Below are positions 39,401 through 41,671 of a DNA stretch of 41,671 nucleotides, piece after piece (position 1 is the first letter of the stretch; each line of letters starts with the position of its first letter). The translations under genes and the position numbers were made by a program. Source of the DNA: Bigelowiella natans CCMP2755 (lineage: Eukaryota; Protista; Cercozoa). The notes beneath the pieces were generated by a model that saw only the letters and a program-made list of their open reading frames with translations, was not told the origin of the DNA and searched no databases. The stretch lies in assembly GCA_000320545.1 (NCBI GenBank), contig ADNK01000030.1, positions 1 to 41,671 of the forward strand. Reading direction: 5' to 3'.

Positions 39401-40076
39401 TCCTCCTCCTCCTCCTCCTCCTCCTCCTCCTCCTCCTCCTTTCATAGTGCTATTCTTCCTCTTTGTCCCCTGGTGCTGCTGCTGTCTGAGACCGAAGACT
39501 TCTGGAAATCGCCTAGACACCTCCTTATGCAGTGCCACCCAGAGCCGATTAGACCGGGCTGTATTCCCAAACCAGGCGTTGAGAAAACGTGCTGTCTCGA
39601 CGCGGAGAGGCTCGAGGGAGAGCCCATTGGCCCTTCGCATTACAGTGCGGTATCTCTGCCTGAGAAGCTGCTTCAAAGTCCTGCCTACTGCCTCAACCAA
39701 GAGAGCGTCTCTCCAGTACTGAGAATGGGTTAATCGCCGGACAAAACCAAGGTGCCGCACGTTAATGCCTGCACGGTGCAGATATGCGCTGATGTTGGCA
39801 CGAATGAGGTCGGGGGCAACGACAGATCCGGGTTCCTCATCGGCAGAGAGAGGCAACCGACACAACTGCTCAAGCTTTCTTGGCCAATGTATCGACGACG
39901 ACGAGGAGGAGGAGGAGGAGGAGGAGGAGGAAGACTGATGATTTCCCGTTGGTTCTTGAGTGCTGGTTCTGGTGCTGCTAGTTTGGCCAACAGTCGGGCT
40001 GCTGCTGCTGCCTTTATTTCGTCGGCGCGTCATATTATTACTAGTACGCGCTTGCTTGTTTCTAAACTGCCTCTTA

Positions 40077-40113
<37 letters not shown>

Positions 40114-40393
40114 GCAAGGGTGATGAGGGTGAGAACGTTCCAGAATCATCCTCTCCGTCGTCGTTTGTTCCTCGTCGCTTATAATGGCGAGGGGTGCATT
40201 GTTGTTGCTGCTGTTGCTGCTTGAGAACCTGAAGATCCAGCCATTTTGCGAATCGAGGTATAACCTGCAGTAACGACGAAGTAACCTCATCAACCGCAGT
40301 GCATGGCGACTTATCAAAAAACCGACAACTCAAAACGATAACAACTCCAAGTGCGGAGCAGGCTTGATGCCTTGGTTACTTTGCCCGTGTATA

Positions 40394-40438
<45 letters not shown>

Positions 40439-40732
40439 CTGCCTATCTATGCTAATACACATACACACGCGTATGTGCAATTTGTACCATGCGTACATCG
40501 CACCGTAGTACCTTTTCCCGTAGCCGTCGATACGCTCTCGACACTTCTTCCATGCTCTGAAACAATGATTTCACGAACGGGGGGGGGGGGAGATATGTCG
40601 GTCAATATGCTATTGGAATGTTATACAGTAGTAAACAGATGGAAAGATGTGCAGTATTGGCTGAGACAGGAGGATGATATCAATCACAGGGATGTTACAC
40701 CTCTTTCTTCACTTCTTGCTCCCCACATATCG

Positions 40733-40767
<35 letters not shown>

Positions 40768-40934
40768 CCTCTTTGTCATGTTTTGTGAGTTTTAGATATA
40801 CGTCACTTGAGAGGGGTTCGCCATTAGTCCGCACCAGCTCAGGTCGTAGCATTCTTTTGAAGGTATTCATAGTGAGACCACGTTAACATATATTCATATC
40901 TATCGAATTAATACGTACATGCGTCTGTAAGTAC

Positions 40935-40985
<51 letters not shown>

Positions 40986-41242
40986 TGTGCTTGGAGATAT
41001 ATATTCTTTATTGAACCCTCTTCTTCTTTCTCTATAACATCTACGCTCATTAGTGATGACTTGCTGCACAGTATGGAGGAGGGTATATTATACCTATAAA
41101 GATGGCCGTTACGATGTCGTTTGTTTGGGGGCTCGCATGGAAAGAGTCGCGCACAATCAATGACATAATGGCGGCCATCGTTGCCCACGTGCCCCTCAAG
41201 ATCAAAACAGGTGTAGAGTGGGGGGCTTAACTCACCATCAAC
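32512..41242 (-). CDS. Large Clu-domain (CLUH/eIF3-p135-related) protein with TPR repeats and a Tudor domain; 5' end lies beyond the window
   Basis: Clu motifs DLEGHVGNDGRHYVIDCARLFP, LRPELVR..PLSSD and LHRAGINVRHLGFVR..LLVEAVGRTLKQLLR. TPR-like helices in ORF 35883-38741 (ALRMYKIAHQIDP, EAEAWYKKAI, EAKICFERAI). Tudor FFRGQRVSARYSADGQW|YEATIQENLEDGTYLVKYHGYGTLE. Terminal exons VDEYWTMVEKKDP..|GFRTIDV..LTC*. Many homopolymeric inserts. Confidence 0.8.
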
Positions 41243-41297
41243 CTGCATAGAAGAAGAAGAAGAAGAAGAAGAAGAAGACAATGGTCATTCAATGGGT

Positions 41298-41337
<40 letters not shown>

Positions 41338-41446
41338 AGATTACAACAAAACGACAACGCAACAACAACAGCAACAACAACAGGAACAACAACAGGAACA
41401 ATAACGTAAAAGAGGAGGAGGAGGAGGAGGAGGAAGAGGAGAGTAG

Positions 41447-41491
<45 letters not shown>

Positions 41492-41516
41492 TACCCCCCC
41501 CCCCCACTCGCGCAAT

Positions 41517-41560
<44 letters not shown>

Positions 41561-41671
41561 ATGATGGGGTTGTCGTACACGTTTTTATCAACAATCTATC
41601 ACTCTCTCTCACCCTCGCACTCTATGTGAGCTAACTCTTCCTTCCGCTCGTAATATTGATCATATATATAT

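Noticed and set aside
33610-40184. Many plus-strand ORFs over the Clu gene as overlapping genes
   Set aside because: They are antisense frames of long exons rich in trinucleotide repeats and show no recognisable motifs.
41289-41612. ORFs built from THTH/IYIY/RERE runs (here and at 1112, 6984, 7518, 14239, 30405)
   Set aside because: They are translations of intronic microsatellites.

Overview
Intron-rich nuclear DNA from a eukaryote, probably a flagellated protist. Short GT-AG introns and microsatellite-filled introns resemble chlorarachniophytes, but that taxon call is inference only. About ten spliced genes were read by hand: DNAJB13/RSP16-like Hsp40 (+), a hypothetical gene (-), a signal-anchored LRR protein (+), a tail-anchored hypothetical protein (-), a SUN-domain protein (+), an FGD-like DH-PH-FYVE RhoGEF (+), two small hypothetical genes (-), an NDUFAF7/MidA methyltransferase (+) and a large 5'-truncated Clu-domain/TPR/Tudor gene (-). 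The main signal is non-coding. Five tracts downstream of gene 3' ends, four of them between convergent genes, have lost most TpA dinucleotides except in CTAG (or CTA/TAG), are rich in CA/TG and keep their CpGs. In a 224-bp tandem duplication inside one tract, all 9 mismatches fall at TA versus CA/TG sites. Each tract also holds the palindrome CATGCTAGCATG. This suggests a localized TpA->CpA/TpG hypermutation process (the reverse of fungal RIP), possibly driven by a modified base at termination zones. Exon boundaries and counts are manual and approximate.
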